From: Eutreptiella sp. 'Long Island Sound 2002'
Lineage: Eukaryota; Protista; Euglenida
Direction of reading: 5' to 3'
NCBI GenBank assembly: GCA_964036045.1
Contig: OZ038379.1
Location: forward strand, 20,832,001-20,896,000
Length of the DNA: 64,000 nucleotides
Shown piece by piece: positions 48,031-60,739 of the stretch (within the stretch, counting starts at the first letter, position 1; the number at the start of each line of letters is the position of its first letter). A model generated the notes under the pieces. That model saw nothing but the letters and a program-made list of their open reading frames with translations, made no database searches and had not been told where the DNA came from. A program made the translations under genes and the position numbers.

Positions 48031-50289
48031 GGTTCTGGTTTTGCAGAATTCAGAATGCACAGGGCAGTGGTGACGGGAATGCAGAGGGATGGCGTGTGCT
48101 GGGAGGTTGCATGCATGGGGGGCCAACTGCCGTCAATTAACCGCCCATTGCCGTCGGTTGTTTGCCAACTGCCGTCCATTTGCAGTCAGTCGAGAGACCA
48201 CAAAAACCAAAGGCAGTTTTGTGTCTTTTTTGCTCTTAAGGACCCCCCTGGTGAAGCAGCACCACGAAACCCAGGGGGGGGGTCACAATGCTGGGGTTTG
48301 TGAACCCCCCCCCTTTCAAAAATGCCTCTTTAGGAGGGGGGGCGGGGGTTGGCACCAGGCCATGGTGTTGGTTTGTTTGCCTTGAGCGGCGCCTATTGGC
48401 CTCTCACCCTTGCACATTCTCACGCTCTGTGGGCCCGAACATGTTTTGGTTGTGTTAACGGAGCCCGTAGATGACGTGTCCTGTTTGACTACTCCGGGGT
48501 TAGGGTTCTAGAGACGAGCTGTTGCCAGGTGCATCCAGATGCACACTCCGATCCATGCTGGGTTTGCCAACTCCAGCACTGAGTTGTGCGTGCCGATGCG
48601 TGCATCCGCAGGATAGTTTTCCTGACAGGGGCTTCTAACAACCACAATGATTCTTTCCCTTTTGTCTTTTCCTTTGCCTCCTTCTGCGCTCTGCACCATT
48701 TTCGCCAAGCGCGGTCTGCCCTGCCCTGTTACCTGCCCTGGTGTTTCCCTCTCCACCTGCCCAGTTTCCTCTGGGCTCTCCATGTTCCCACTGTTTTGGG
48801 GGGTTAAAGGGCGGTGGGGGAACACGTGCTTTTGGGGGGGGGGGTGAAGGAGGTTTTGGGATGCAGAACCCCTTTTCTGACTGAATCTGGCCGGGTGTCA
48901 CAGTGGCGTGTGGTGTAGCATCCCCCTTCACGCATGGGTGGGGCGGGTGGCTGCCCAGGGAAGAACCCACAGGGCATTCTTCCAAAAGCCTCGGAGAACA
49001 CCGTTCATTAAAAACGGGGGCGGGGGAGGGGGCTTGTACTGTAGAACGCCCGTAAAACCCCCCACCCCCAACGCACTTTTCTGAAAATCGCCGGGAAGGG
49101 GGTTGAAAGCTCACTCAGCACAAAGCGCGAGACCAGAAACGCTCCACCCCATGGCTCAATGGAAAACTGCTGTCAATGGTCTGGTTTGGCCCAGAGCTTT
49201 GCCGTCTTCCAGCCAGCGGTTCACGTCCTCCACGAATTCCTTCCAGAGCACCTGCAAGAGGGGCCCTACCGACTGTGGTCACTGATCTTCGTTGCAGCCC
49301 CCGTCCAGCACATGAAATCTGCTGGGCGGGAAGCGGCAGAGGAAAACAAGGGTGGCTCAATCGGGCTGAAGCCCCCGAAATCACAAATCACAGGCAGCGG
49401 ATTGCATACACCCGGCACAGCGACAACCACAGTCAGACATGCGGCTGGCAGACGAACACTGACCCCTATTGAAAAGGGCCCGTTCCCCAAAGAGCTTCAG
49501 GAACCGGTTGGCAGCACATAACTGTGGCACATTGTTTTTGCCTCTTGCACTCTCTAGGGCCCCCTCACTCATGGAGGGGGAGCCCTCAAATCCCCACACT
49601 AAGAACACACCACATGGTGGTCATTCATCACATTTCAATGCTGGCCCACTACGCGATCCACTATGCAGTGGATCTAACGCCCATTAATATACGCGTTATC
49701 TGCCCTGCAGACTTTGCGCACAGTTTATAGACACTGTGCACACCTGGTGCCCATGTTGCAGACACTGTGCTTATGTAACAAACAGGTCATGTGAAGGAGG
49801 GGGCGCAAGGATCTAATGTGCATTAGATCTAATACACAGTAGATCGCGCATTAGGTCAGCAATCTCACTTGTTGGGGAAGAATGAGAGCGAAGAGGCAAG
49901 GGATGTCCACGCAACAGTGACAGCTTCCAGCATCCCCCCCCCCCCCGGCTCGGCAGGCTTTTCTGGGCCCCTCAGTCATGATTTCGCATTCGTGTGGTCC
50001 CACATGCCGTTGTGCACAGGATTGCCGTGGCCTTCGCCGACACACGGTGCGCCTCGTTGTTGCTTGGCCACAGCACTGTCGCTTCGGCCTACATGTGTCT
50101 ACGGGTGCAATAGCCGGGGGCATCGATATCATTGTGCAGCGCAGTGGATAGCACAAAAGTCGACGGAGGGGCTGTCCGGGACCAACAAAAAAACTGAAAA
50201 CCAACCGAGCATTTGGTGATGTCCACCCACAATTCCAGGCAATTCGCCTCCGGGACTGACATGCACAAATGATTCAGATCCCTATGTGA

Positions 50290-51190
50290 GGACAATGGCA
50301 TTCTTCACTCTCCTACCTCACCACGTCTCGGTCGGTCAGCAGTCGTATTTCGTTACCACAGCTGGTGGTGGCAGCAAGGCACGTATCACCTTGGTGGGCA
50401 GACAATCTTGATGACGTTGTGAAAATATCGAAGCGGAAGCGCCAATTCGGCAAATTGTGTGGTGATGTGACTCGGAATATGATGTGGCTGTAGATTGTTT
50501 AAAGAGATGGCGCGGAAATGGAATGAGATACTCATGTGTCACCTCTCAGGTGCAAGATACCCGTCACTCACCCCCAGGTGTACCATACCCATACGTAAAG
50601 CGCCCCCGACTGATTGCACAAGGCAACCTACCAGCGTTCATGCACCACCCCTCCTCCACAACTGACCTAGAGGGACACGGCATTCTCCTTTGTGGGCAGT
50701 TGTAGTGGTCCACAGATGTTTCAATCTTTGTCACAGTACCATTGTAATGTTTTCCCGTAACCCATACTTCTGACCACCTGCTGCATCCTTCAGGGGCTTG
50801 AACATCCCTAATCGCGTACTCCTCACACCCGCTTCCAAACCCACCGCGTGCCCCTCCCTAGCCAGTTTGATGTGATATTCGTGTTGGGGACAAAGAGGGA
50901 TGCGCATGGCACTTGCATGAGGTGTGCATGGAATGTGCATGAGATGCGCCCGGGATGCGGCATGGGATGTGTATGGGATGTGCACGTGCAACAACAAAAC
51001 CCACCAACACGCTCTCGGGATCCTAGCACTCGCGTCCTGTTGCCCCGTCAGAGTAGTTGACCAACGAAAGAGCAATACCTCTTTCAAAGCTCTCAGCCGA
51101 ATTTCAGCTGCGCGTTTCTTCTCTGCGAGCCAGTGTTGGTCAAGCTCATTCAACTTCAGCCTCTCCTGAACAAAGCAATTCAATCAGTGT
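50290..51190 (-). CDS. Possible exons of an unidentified gene
   Basis: Coiled-coil-like QERLKLNELDQHWLAEKKRAAEIRLRALKE ending at a GT donor (~51080); an open segment HIIFRVTSPHNLPNWRFRFDIF...DRDV ending at GTGAG (~50320). Confidence 0.3.
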
Positions 51191-51651
51191 TGTCACCGCG
51201 CCACGTGGCGACACTGCAGAGACTTCGGTGGTGGCAGGAAAGAACAACGAGATCAATTCCCTGTGGTGAAATCCATGAGGGGCCGTGGCAGCAGAGGGTC
51301 AGGGTTTCTCATGGATTCAGAATTTCCAGAAATTTTTTCATTCGGAAATATTCGGAAATTTCTGTAGTGCGAGAAAGCAGTTTTTGGCGGACGTCGACAT
51401 GAGATATTGTTCACTTGCACCCAAATACCCCACCCTGTGGCACACAGGCACGGTTCTTGCACAGTGTTGGTACATTCATAATTGGAATTGCAGGTGCACA
51501 TTGCTTGGCAACCCTCTTATCCATATCACCGTTGCAGAACATTGCCACAGCAGCGGCGCTAGAAGCAGGGTTCATCTGTTGCCTGTGTTGGGCGTCATTG
51601 AGCCCTGCCAAGCCGAAAGAACACCCCACAAGTGCTGCAGTTATTGGGAAC

Positions 51652-51846
51652 CATATGCAACTGCATCATGTATCAAGGATCTACATGCTTGCCAAAAAAT
51701 ATCAATGTTGTGATGATTATGAACTGCATGTCTCTCAAAGCGTGTATACATATGCAACTGCATCATGTATCAAGGATCTACATGCTTGCCAAAAAATATC
51801 AATGTTGTGATGATTATGAACTGCATGTCTCTCAAAGCGTGTATAC
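51652..51846. repeat. Perfect 97-bp tandem duplication
   Basis: catatgcaactgcatc...gtgtata at 51652-51748 and 51749-51845. Confidence 0.95.
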
Positions 51847-52899
51847 TCTGAGGCCAAAAATGCATCAGGGCTGGGTTCCATTCCATTTCAGCACCATTAT
51901 TGCGTGGCTCCATGGCGCTCGGAATTTGAGCTGCACGCTTGGCGGCTGTCTTGTGTTTCCCTTGGTTTCTTGGCTGGGTTGGTGGTTTCTCCACCTGTGT
52001 TGCTTGCTCAGGTTGCTCAGAAAGAAACTCAGCCGTGTTACTAGACATGACTGTATGCAAAGGGGCTACAAAATGGAGAGGTGTAGGACTGTTTCACAAA
52101 TGCCCGAAATGGCAATTACACCGGGCACAAAGCAGACCAAAACCCCGAACACACCATGGAGTCTCCAGCACGTCCCAGTGCCAGGTTCCGTTTTAGAGCT
52201 GATGGCATACCGGACTTGGTTCACCCCCCGTCTCGTGTTTTTGGTGGGGGCAAGTGGTCTGTCAAGGGGGAAGTGCCCCCTCCTTGGGAACAGCCACTCA
52301 CCCATTCCAGGGGCATGTCGCATGAACCCCCTCCCCACCACCTCGAGGGTTGGGTTTGGCATGACACCTGGATGGATTGCTGTCTGAAGCTGGCAGCGCC
52401 TGTTGGCCTCACCACTTACCTTTGCCCTTTCCTTTAAAAGGGGGGTGGGGTTTGGGGGGGTGGGATGGGGGATCAGGGAAGGCGGGGGTTTGGGGCAATG
52501 ATCACATCTTCTGTGGTTTACAGACACTGTCTGGTACAATTGATGCGCTCTGCTGACTGTAGACACCGTTGGCATGTTGTAGACGTGAAGAGCCAATAAT
52601 AAGGCAAGTCGCAAAAAGTCCCCTTCACAAAAGAGGGGCAATGAAAATGTTTCCCCATGCAGATGGAGATTGTGGTTTGTGGTTTGTACACACTGTTTGC
52701 TACAAAAAAACAATTGTCAATACTCTCAGCATGTTGTGGATGAGATTTTTTTTTCGAGTGGCAAGGCGTGGAGCGATGTAATGTATGTAATGGGGTACCA
52801 CACCAAACCTTTTGGGGGGGGGTTGGGAGGAGGGACAACTTCGTGCAAGCTGTCAAGTGATGATCAGGGTACGAAATCATCTATTACACGAAATCGCCC

Positions 52900-53310
52900 C
52901 CTTACCTTGGGGGTAAGAGGGGGGGGGGGTCAGGGGGGGTAGGTTTGGAGGGTGGATGGGGGAGGTCAGGGGGGGTAGGTAGGGGGGGGGGAATTTGGGC
53001 GGTAAGGGAGGGAGGTCGGGGGGTAGGGGGGGGGTTACGTTTTCCTGTGCACCACACCAGACACTGTCGGCATGTTGTAGACGCGAAATGACAATATTTG
53101 GGAAGGGGGCCAAAGGCCCCCTTCGAAAAAACGGGCCGCTCAGTTCGCTTACCCGTGCAACCATGAACATCTGTAAGGCGCGGAGCGCCGAACTGGCCCT
53201 GAGGTTGGGGGAGTAGGGGGGGGGTATGAGTGGTAAGGGGGGGAGGGAGGGGGGGGGGAATGGGGGGGGGGCGGAGGTAACGGGGGGGGGGGGGGGGAGA
53301 GGGGGCGACT
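52900..53310 (+). repeat. G-run-rich tract with G-quadruplex potential
   Basis: Many G4-G15 runs separated by short spacers. Confidence 0.75.
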
Positions 53311-55089
53311 TCGTGCATACTATCACGAAATCGTGCTTCAAGCGGTGTTGGGTTTTTGTCGTGCAGCTGCTTGCGCTGCCTGAAAAATCCCGGGTGCCTT
53401 CTGCTACCTTGTCATGTAGGACTTGTCATACCAGTTGGAAGATATCTCTTGCTTCCCATCAGTAGATAACTAACAAACTCAACAACATGGGCCAATGCTA
53501 ACTCGTGATGTACATACACAAAATAACAAACCGCCGAGGAACCCATCTAAATACAAAGGCCTGGGTGCAATATGGGCTGGATCCATTATTTTCCTGACAC
53601 AACATACGTTGTGCCCCATGCGTACGTCGCCTCAAGCCAGGGTTTAGCTTCGAAGGCATGGTTCATCGCATTTACATACAGGGGAGTAGCAAACAAATTT
53701 TAGGGCCCCATCTTGCCCAGTCTGGTGCAGTCCAGCAGGACAGCAACAACAACAACTTACCAATGTCCGACCCTACATGAGGGTGTGGGTATGGGGTATC
53801 AGAGGCTCACTGTGCACAGTGGAGTTGTGGCAGTTGTCGTTGTTGTCCATCTTTGACCTGACACCTTCCAGCCAGCATGCTAAAAGTGCAAAACACATTC
53901 ACAAAAAAACCTGTTTTTGATCAACAGCACTTTTCAGTCACGGGTGCCGCTTTCCTGAACCCCCCATTTGTTTGTTCTGAGGGCTCCCCTGAGCCGCCCC
54001 TCCCCCCGCCCTCACAAATGCATTTTTCACCTGTCAATCATCATCTCGCACACTAAAATTTCAGTGGCTATAAGATGCGACCTCAAAAGATCCGGGAACA
54101 ATTGCCCTTCTGAGGCAGCACGGCCACACTGAATGAGTTTGCTGGAATTCCATGCCATGTCATGCAGCATGGCCGCATATGACAGAGGAAGACACTGAGA
54201 AAGAGTCCTGGTGCTTCTCATCAATACACCCAAAGGCTTTCCTGGACACATCCCTGCAGACGTGCAGGCAATGTTCACCGGCCCTCAGTTTGCACACCAA
54301 GTGCGGAATATATTGAAGCCGCTCGCGCCCGTTCAACCGCAGAATCTCCCGTAGACAATGGATTGTCTCGTCTTCCAACGCTGTCGCGGTCCTGAAAGCG
54401 CAGTGAAGCGCTGGCACATACATCACAGCAGCGGTTCCCCAAAATGCACCCTTCCAGCCATGGCTCCAGAGAAGCTACGTGCCACGCTAAGTGAAGGTCA
54501 TTTTTGTCTTCCAATCATTGCCGCCATTATGCCGTTGTTTTGCTGTGGAAAGTGCAGGGGTACAGGAGACACAAGCATGCGCCCAGTCCTACGATGAAGA
54601 TCCGTGAGCCCCTGCCCTTCATGTGCGGCGTCTCAGCGCGTGCTCGACGGCTGAAGAGACCCAAGAGGTCGCCACACTCTCCAGCAGCGGTCGGGATTGG
54701 GGAGAGATGGGGGCTGGCAAGTCCATGTTGCACACTGTCGAGGTGCAGCTGTTCCGCGGTAATAGTCCCTCACAGTCCTGGTGTGTGCAACGCGGTGAAT
54801 GATTGCCACCCAACAGCAGCGGCTCAAGATGGCTGTGGCTCCGGTGTGCATTTCGTGGTCCCATAAGGTCCGTGCATCTGCATGTCGGACATTGGGATCT
54901 GCAACGCTGGGGCGGCGGCAACGCCACCAGGCGCTCAGAAACGTGACAGTGGGATGCGCTGTTGGAAGGATCGACCCAGATCCCAACCCACACACACACA
55001 TGTAAGAGCACTCTCTTACGTTCCTAACGGTAAAAACCCTTGCATCATAAAAATGACCCTAGCTTTTAAAGGTCCGCTGTTCTCACACC

Positions 55090-57062
55090 TCAATACCAAA
55101 AAGCCTTACGACGTGCATACAACTTCGAACCAGCGCCCTTTCCCCATCCCTTCCTACCAAACTGTATCCAAATTGGTTGAACCTAGAAAAAAAAAACCTC
55201 ACTGACGGTGCGCGAAGGCGGTTCGCGAGGATCGGGACCATCGCTCCGGAAACCAACACTCCTTTACCACATCCAATGATACGACTGCCTCCTGCGTCGC
55301 GCTTTCTCGTGATGGTGCAACACCTGCGACGGGTGTCCACCGAGCGAATGGGCACTGATGGCTGCCACAACAACCAATGCAGGGTTCCGCCAGTTGCCCG
55401 ACCGCCTTCCGATTCGCACACGAGAAATGAGGATGGGTTTCGCACAACACCCTCGATCTCTCCGACCCACGCGACCCGGCCTGCATCCGGCTGCAGAAAC
55501 ATACCAGATGCGCAGGCTGCCCTTTTTGTATTCCACTCCGTTCTGTGGGAGGAGAGTGATAGAAACGCACACCCTGTCCACAGTACACAATCCGAGCTGC
55601 TGTCCAGTGCTGGTCATGCGCGGGCGCCCAAAATTCCTGCCCCGCATTTGCGCTGGACCGTCCAGCACCAACGTGTATAATGATCCACAGCAACTGTGCA
55701 TTCACATTTGGACCGCACACGATGTTCAGCGGGTTCAATAACTCGAACACGGACATAGCAACCGAGCCGAATGCAACAGCACTTAGCACTTGCATGCATC
55801 GCTCGCAACAAACCACAAACTGCGTGTTTACATCCTCACCCAACAACGCGTAGACCAGGTTCTCCCATGGACGATACGCCCTCCTACCATCAATCTTCAG
55901 CACCTGGGTGACGCATACGTGGGAGGTTCATAAACACCCATATGGCAGCAACCCAATCATCAGCTTCTAGCCACTGCAATACCCGCTGAAATGAGCAGAG
56001 GATGACACCCCCGTGCAAATGCAATGTCCCCGTGACGTCCTCTTGCAACAGCCTGCACAACACACCAATGATCCTCCTTCTACGTTGGCTTCGTCTTCCC
56101 ACGTTGGCACAATATCCGTCTTGAACATCCTCAATCTCAAACGAGACGCCTCATCCTTTTTCTCCCACAAGCGCCGGAATCCATTGACCGTCTCGAACTG
56201 GCCGATTTCTTGGAGCCCATCACGATACTCTTCCGTAGTACGGCCCCGGGGTTGATGAGATTCACACCAAAATGTCCAAGAATTTGCCAACGTGGGATCC
56301 TCTTGTGCCGAAGGCTCCGTCCCATCTAAGAATACCATGAAAAATTATGCTGAAAAATTATGCCGTAGTGTGAGGACAGTCGGATGCGCAAAGCTTCGAG
56401 GATGAACATACAAGCGCAAGAACGGCAAGTGTCGTTCTTGCACTTCATTGCACTTCATTGTTGCATGCCCTCACGCGCCAAATGATCTAGTTTCTTACAC
56501 CCCGGTGCACACGTGGCACTCGATTTCGAATCAGACGGGGGCGAATAAAGGTTTTGGGGCACCCTATTTTCCTCACCTAGAGTCGAGATCCTCGTGCAAT
56601 TTCGATCATTCGGAGGAGCCTTCCTACCTTGGCCCCCTCGAATTGTGGGGTCACTTGAAACTGGTGCTCACGTTGATCGGGTTGTGGAGACCGGCTGCCA
56701 ATATGCACTGTGTCGCGCTCAATTTTTCCCAGACGTGCAAAAGGGATACCGCATTCCATGGGAAGAGGAAATTCATGTTCGTAGCCATCAAGCCCCTCCT
56801 CCGCGTCAGCCCAATCTTCGTCATCGGTCTCAGGGTCCTTGCATGCCGCGGGTGCGTCGTCGTCGTCGTCGTTGTCGTCGTCTTCACATTGGGGCTCGTC
56901 AACGGGGTCGTCCTCAAGAGATCCCTTGTACGCTGCAGGGAGCTCCTTTGCGAAAAAATCCACATAGTCGTCTAGACCATCCTCCACGTCGGCCCAACTC
57001 TCCCCTTGGGCAAACTTGGGGGAATCCGCCGTTTTCTCTTGACTCGCTTTCTTTGTAGCTTC
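55090..57062 (-). CDS. eIF4E: eIF4E-family cap-binding protein with long acidic N-terminal extension (multi-exon)
   Basis: Exons 57062-56750, 56325-56066, 55903-55832, 55741-~55712 and ~55573-55505, plus less certain 3' exons to 55090. Translation: PTLANSWTFW...EYRDGLQEIGQFETVNGFRRLW...LRMFKTDIVPTWEDEANVEGGSL|VLKID...WENLVYALLGED|LLNPLNIVCG...VCVSITL...SLRIW. GT-AG introns keep phase. Confidence 0.8.
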
Positions 57063-57874
57063 CTGAAATGCACCGGGGTGTGGCAACCTCTTCACTTACA
57101 AAAGCGGACCAAAACCTCGAAACATGCGTCGGCATGCGTGGGTCCCGTCGCTATCTTCTCTCTCGGCGGCGCCAACACTGCAATCAGTCGTTGGGGTGCT
57201 AGTCACAGTCCACGTTGTGTTGCCTTTTTTTTGGCCCCCAGAAAAACGACCATGTGATTTGCTAGAAAATTATGTGCACTTGGCCTTGCTTATTCACTGC
57301 TTTTGCAATGGCACGTCACAACGGTAGCCTCCGTGGGTATTCGCAAGTGTCACGCGTCACGCAAAGCTTGCATCGCACGGTGATGTGCACTTGTGATGTT
57401 GATCGATTTTTGAAGGGTTCTTAAGGGTCAGGGGACGAGCCCGGTTCCCGATCGATCATTTAGAGGGTCGAAAATATCTACCGGGTAAGTTGGACTGCCA
57501 ACTCCCCTTGACATGCCCATTTGGTTTGCTGCCAAGCCGAGGAGCCACCTGGCACTTTTGGGGATTGCTGCAGATTGTGGCCTTCATGACCCCAACCGAG
57601 GTGGCTATTTGCGTTTGCCGTAGGTGCATAGAGTACTCTTCACACCCAAGGATTGTTGCATATTCTAGCAAAAAAAATTCATTTTATCCATGTTTCCGTG
57701 GCGGCTACTGGTTCCTTGGTCTTTGCATGCCAAACCGTAGGCTCAACAGTATCAGAAACACAAAACCTACGTCCAAAAACAAGCGTCACGTCAAGGCAAC
57801 GGGGAAGTGTGGAAGTGTTCAAGGACAAACCGCCCTCTTGCGTGGACTTTAAACGGTAGATGGTGGATGCATAC

Positions 57875-58593
57875 CTGGGCCTGTAATCTTTCGGCATTGT
57901 GCAACAATTGTTGCTTGATCGCCAACATTGCGTTCATTATCTCACTACGATGGTCATTTGGTTGGGACTCCTCAAGAGCGCATTGTAACTCTTCCTCATT
58001 GACACTGATGTCATTGCCGTCTAATGCCAATTCCAAGAGTGTCGTATTTTCCGTCATGGCCTGAGCCAACTCACAAGCTCCTTGATCTCCTATGGCATTA
58101 CGTTGTAGGTCGATACATGTAATGCTTTTGTTCACCTTCAGCATGTCCGCAATATGTTTGGCTCCCTCTGCACACGAATAGCACATGGAGGTGTCGAAGT
58201 GGTGTCGAGTTTTGGGGCATCTCCGGTATGGGCTCACGACAAATGCAAAAAAAGTGTGCGAGCACCAAACATACGGGCGGTGATTTTGTTGCCGCTGAAA
58301 TTCACATGGACCACATTTTCGTTGTGATGCCAGTTGAGCACTAGCTTGCACACTTGCTCATCCCTCAAACCGAAATTTTGCAAACGGATTGTTTCCCCAC
58401 CTTTGCCCTTACTCGCCGATGGCGTCTCTTCTTCGTCTTCGTCTTCTTCTTTAGTGGTTCTTACGACCAACGGAAGAGCCGCATGATTGCTCATTTTGAG
58501 CATGCTTCCACGGTTCCCGTGGTCGACAGGTTGCATGGTATCTTGGTCTTCTTGGGGTCCATCGGGGACATCCCTTCCGAGCTCTTTCATCAT
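57875..58593 (-). CDS. RNI-like leucine-rich-repeat protein (two exons: 58593-58275 and 58167-57875)
   Basis: VVHVNFSGNKITA-Q-GAKHIADMLKVNKSITCIDLQRNAIGDQGACELAQAMTENTTLLELALDGNDI; the GT-AG intron 58274-58168 restores the frame. The 3' end is uncertain: stop at 57791 if unspliced, or a donor at 57874. Confidence 0.8.
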
Positions 58594-59066
58594 GAACCAT
58601 TCATGTCAACGAAATCTAAAACACGAAACGATGTGTCAAGGCAAAGAGCAAACTCGTGCAATTTTTTGCGCCGCATGTCGGAGCGGACAACAATCAAATT
58701 GCATCCAATCGTCATTAAACTGTCCAAAATACATACAAACATAGATACACGCGTACGCCACTGGCAATAGACACACATGTTATGAATGTTTTCATGGCAC
58801 GACGCAAAGTCTAGGTCGGTCGTCGTCTCCAGCCTTCGGTTTGAAAGCTTTGATGCTGCATAAGATTTTAGGAATTTCCGTTTTTCGTCCAAAAAACACT
58901 GGGAATTTCAGAAAATCATATCTTTGTGCTTTAAATGAATCAAATTATTTGAATTGGAATCTATGATGGCATGAAATCTGATGTAGAGTAATTACGGTAC
59001 GATTTCCGTGCAGTTGCGCACGCGGCAATACTTGGCCAGGTTCTATCCATCGATCCCTTCACCATC

Positions 59067-60260
59067 ATGACTGAGGGCAAGGCACCTGATACCACCACAG
59101 TTTACACTTTCGATGAAGTTGCTAAACACAATACGGAGGAGGTCTGTTCTTGCCTCTTCGAGCAATGTCTTTTGACAATCGTTAATGTCGCTTGCTTAAC
59201 TTATTGAAATATTGCAGGATGTCTGGATGGTGATCGATGGCAAGGTCTACGACGTGACTTCATACCTGGAAGATCATCCTGGTGGCATTGATATCCTCAC
59301 GGGCGTGGCAGGTTTGAGAACACATCACACACCCTGACTCCACTTTCTCGAACTATCGTTTCACGACTTCTCCCTTGCTTGATAGGTACCGATGCCACTG
59401 AAGATTTTGAAGCAGTTTCTCACTCCAAGCCTGCTATTGAACAGATGGCCCAGTTCCAAGTCGGCGTTGTTGAGGTTCCGGAGTTGCGTTCGCACAATAT
59501 CCTCACCCATATTCGAACATTGCTTTTGTGATATCTTGCTTGGGGGGTTATGTTTAAGTTGACTTTGACGCGCATGTCGGGCGAATATTTCCTTGCAGGT
59601 CCGGAGTTTTCGGAGGTATGTTTGAACAGGTGGGCCTCGCCCAAAAGGAGACTCGGGGTGTTGTGGAACATCACACAACTGGCAAACCCTGTCCAATCTA
59701 CTGGCGTGGCACTTGGGACAGGCAGAGAGGTCTGAGGCGCGGCCATGGGCCGGGCAGTTTTATTGAGGTGCAAGCATAAAGAAGTGTTGCATGGCAGGAG
59801 GATTCCCCTGAGGTGCAAGCATAAAGAAGTTCTGCAGTGCAGGAGGATTCCCCTGCCTGTTGTTTGTGTACTGTGTGGTTGAGTGTGTTTATCGATATGT
59901 GGGTAACTCTGGGGCCAAGAAGACAAGTGTCTCTATTTCAAGTGCGTCACCTACCTGAAAACACCAGCGCAGTCCCGAAAGACCATGTCTTCAATCAAGG
60001 CACAGAAAATTTGCGCTTGCGCTCAGGAATCCCCGGAGAAATTGGAGAAGAAGGCCGCCAAGAAAAGTGCGACTGCTTCGAGTGACTCAGGTAAGCTGCA
60101 AACGGTGAAATATTTGGATGCTGCTGTCCAAGCTGTCCATGTCCTGGAGACAGCCTTGCGATGTGCATATACTTTTGCAGGGCTTGGTGGCATCGTGCTC
60201 AAGGTGGGTCTGGTTGTTGCTGTCATTGGGGCTTATTTTGTTGCGACCACGAAGAAGTAA
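59067..60260 (+). CDS. CYB5: Tail-anchored cytochrome b5, 5 exons, 133 aa
   Basis: Exons 59067-59141, 59218-59311, 59386-59474, 60027-60090 and 60181-60260, all GT-AG and in phase. [37 protein letters not shown]...[13 protein letters not shown] carries both heme His; C-terminal TM helix plus KK. Confidence 0.95.
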
Positions 60261-60739
60261 GTGACTGGTATGTCTGACATGTGTGACACGTGCTCCTCGT
60301 GTACCGCAACGGATTTCCTTTTGTTGATCATGCTGTCTGACACCTGGCTTCCCAAACGAAGCGCCTTTCGGATTTTACCACCTGCACCAGTCGATGCCGT
60401 TGCTCCACAGGTTTCCTTCCCGATCAATCCATTGGCAGAGCAAGGCAGGCCTTGGCACAACTTCCGCAGCTTCAGTCGCAGCGTTCCGTCTGGTTCCCTG
60501 GGGACCAGTCAGCGGCCGCAGAAGGAAGTCGTCTCGCTGAGGCTAGCCCGACAATGCTGCCCTATTTATATGTAGACCAAGGCGACAGCAACAGAATTCC
60601 TCGGGATGTGTGCCTGCTATGCCCAGCACACTTGGGTGCATGCGTGAGTCAAGGAGGAAACGGCGCCACTGAAGTGACAACACGCTATTCCGCTTGGGGC
60701 ATACGATCCATGGAGCAAGCAGGGGCGTTTCTATCCAGG

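Noticed and set aside
60233-60540. Minus-strand terminal exon overlapping the cytochrome b5 stop codon
   Set aside because: No convincing acceptor or homology, and it could be a chance open frame.
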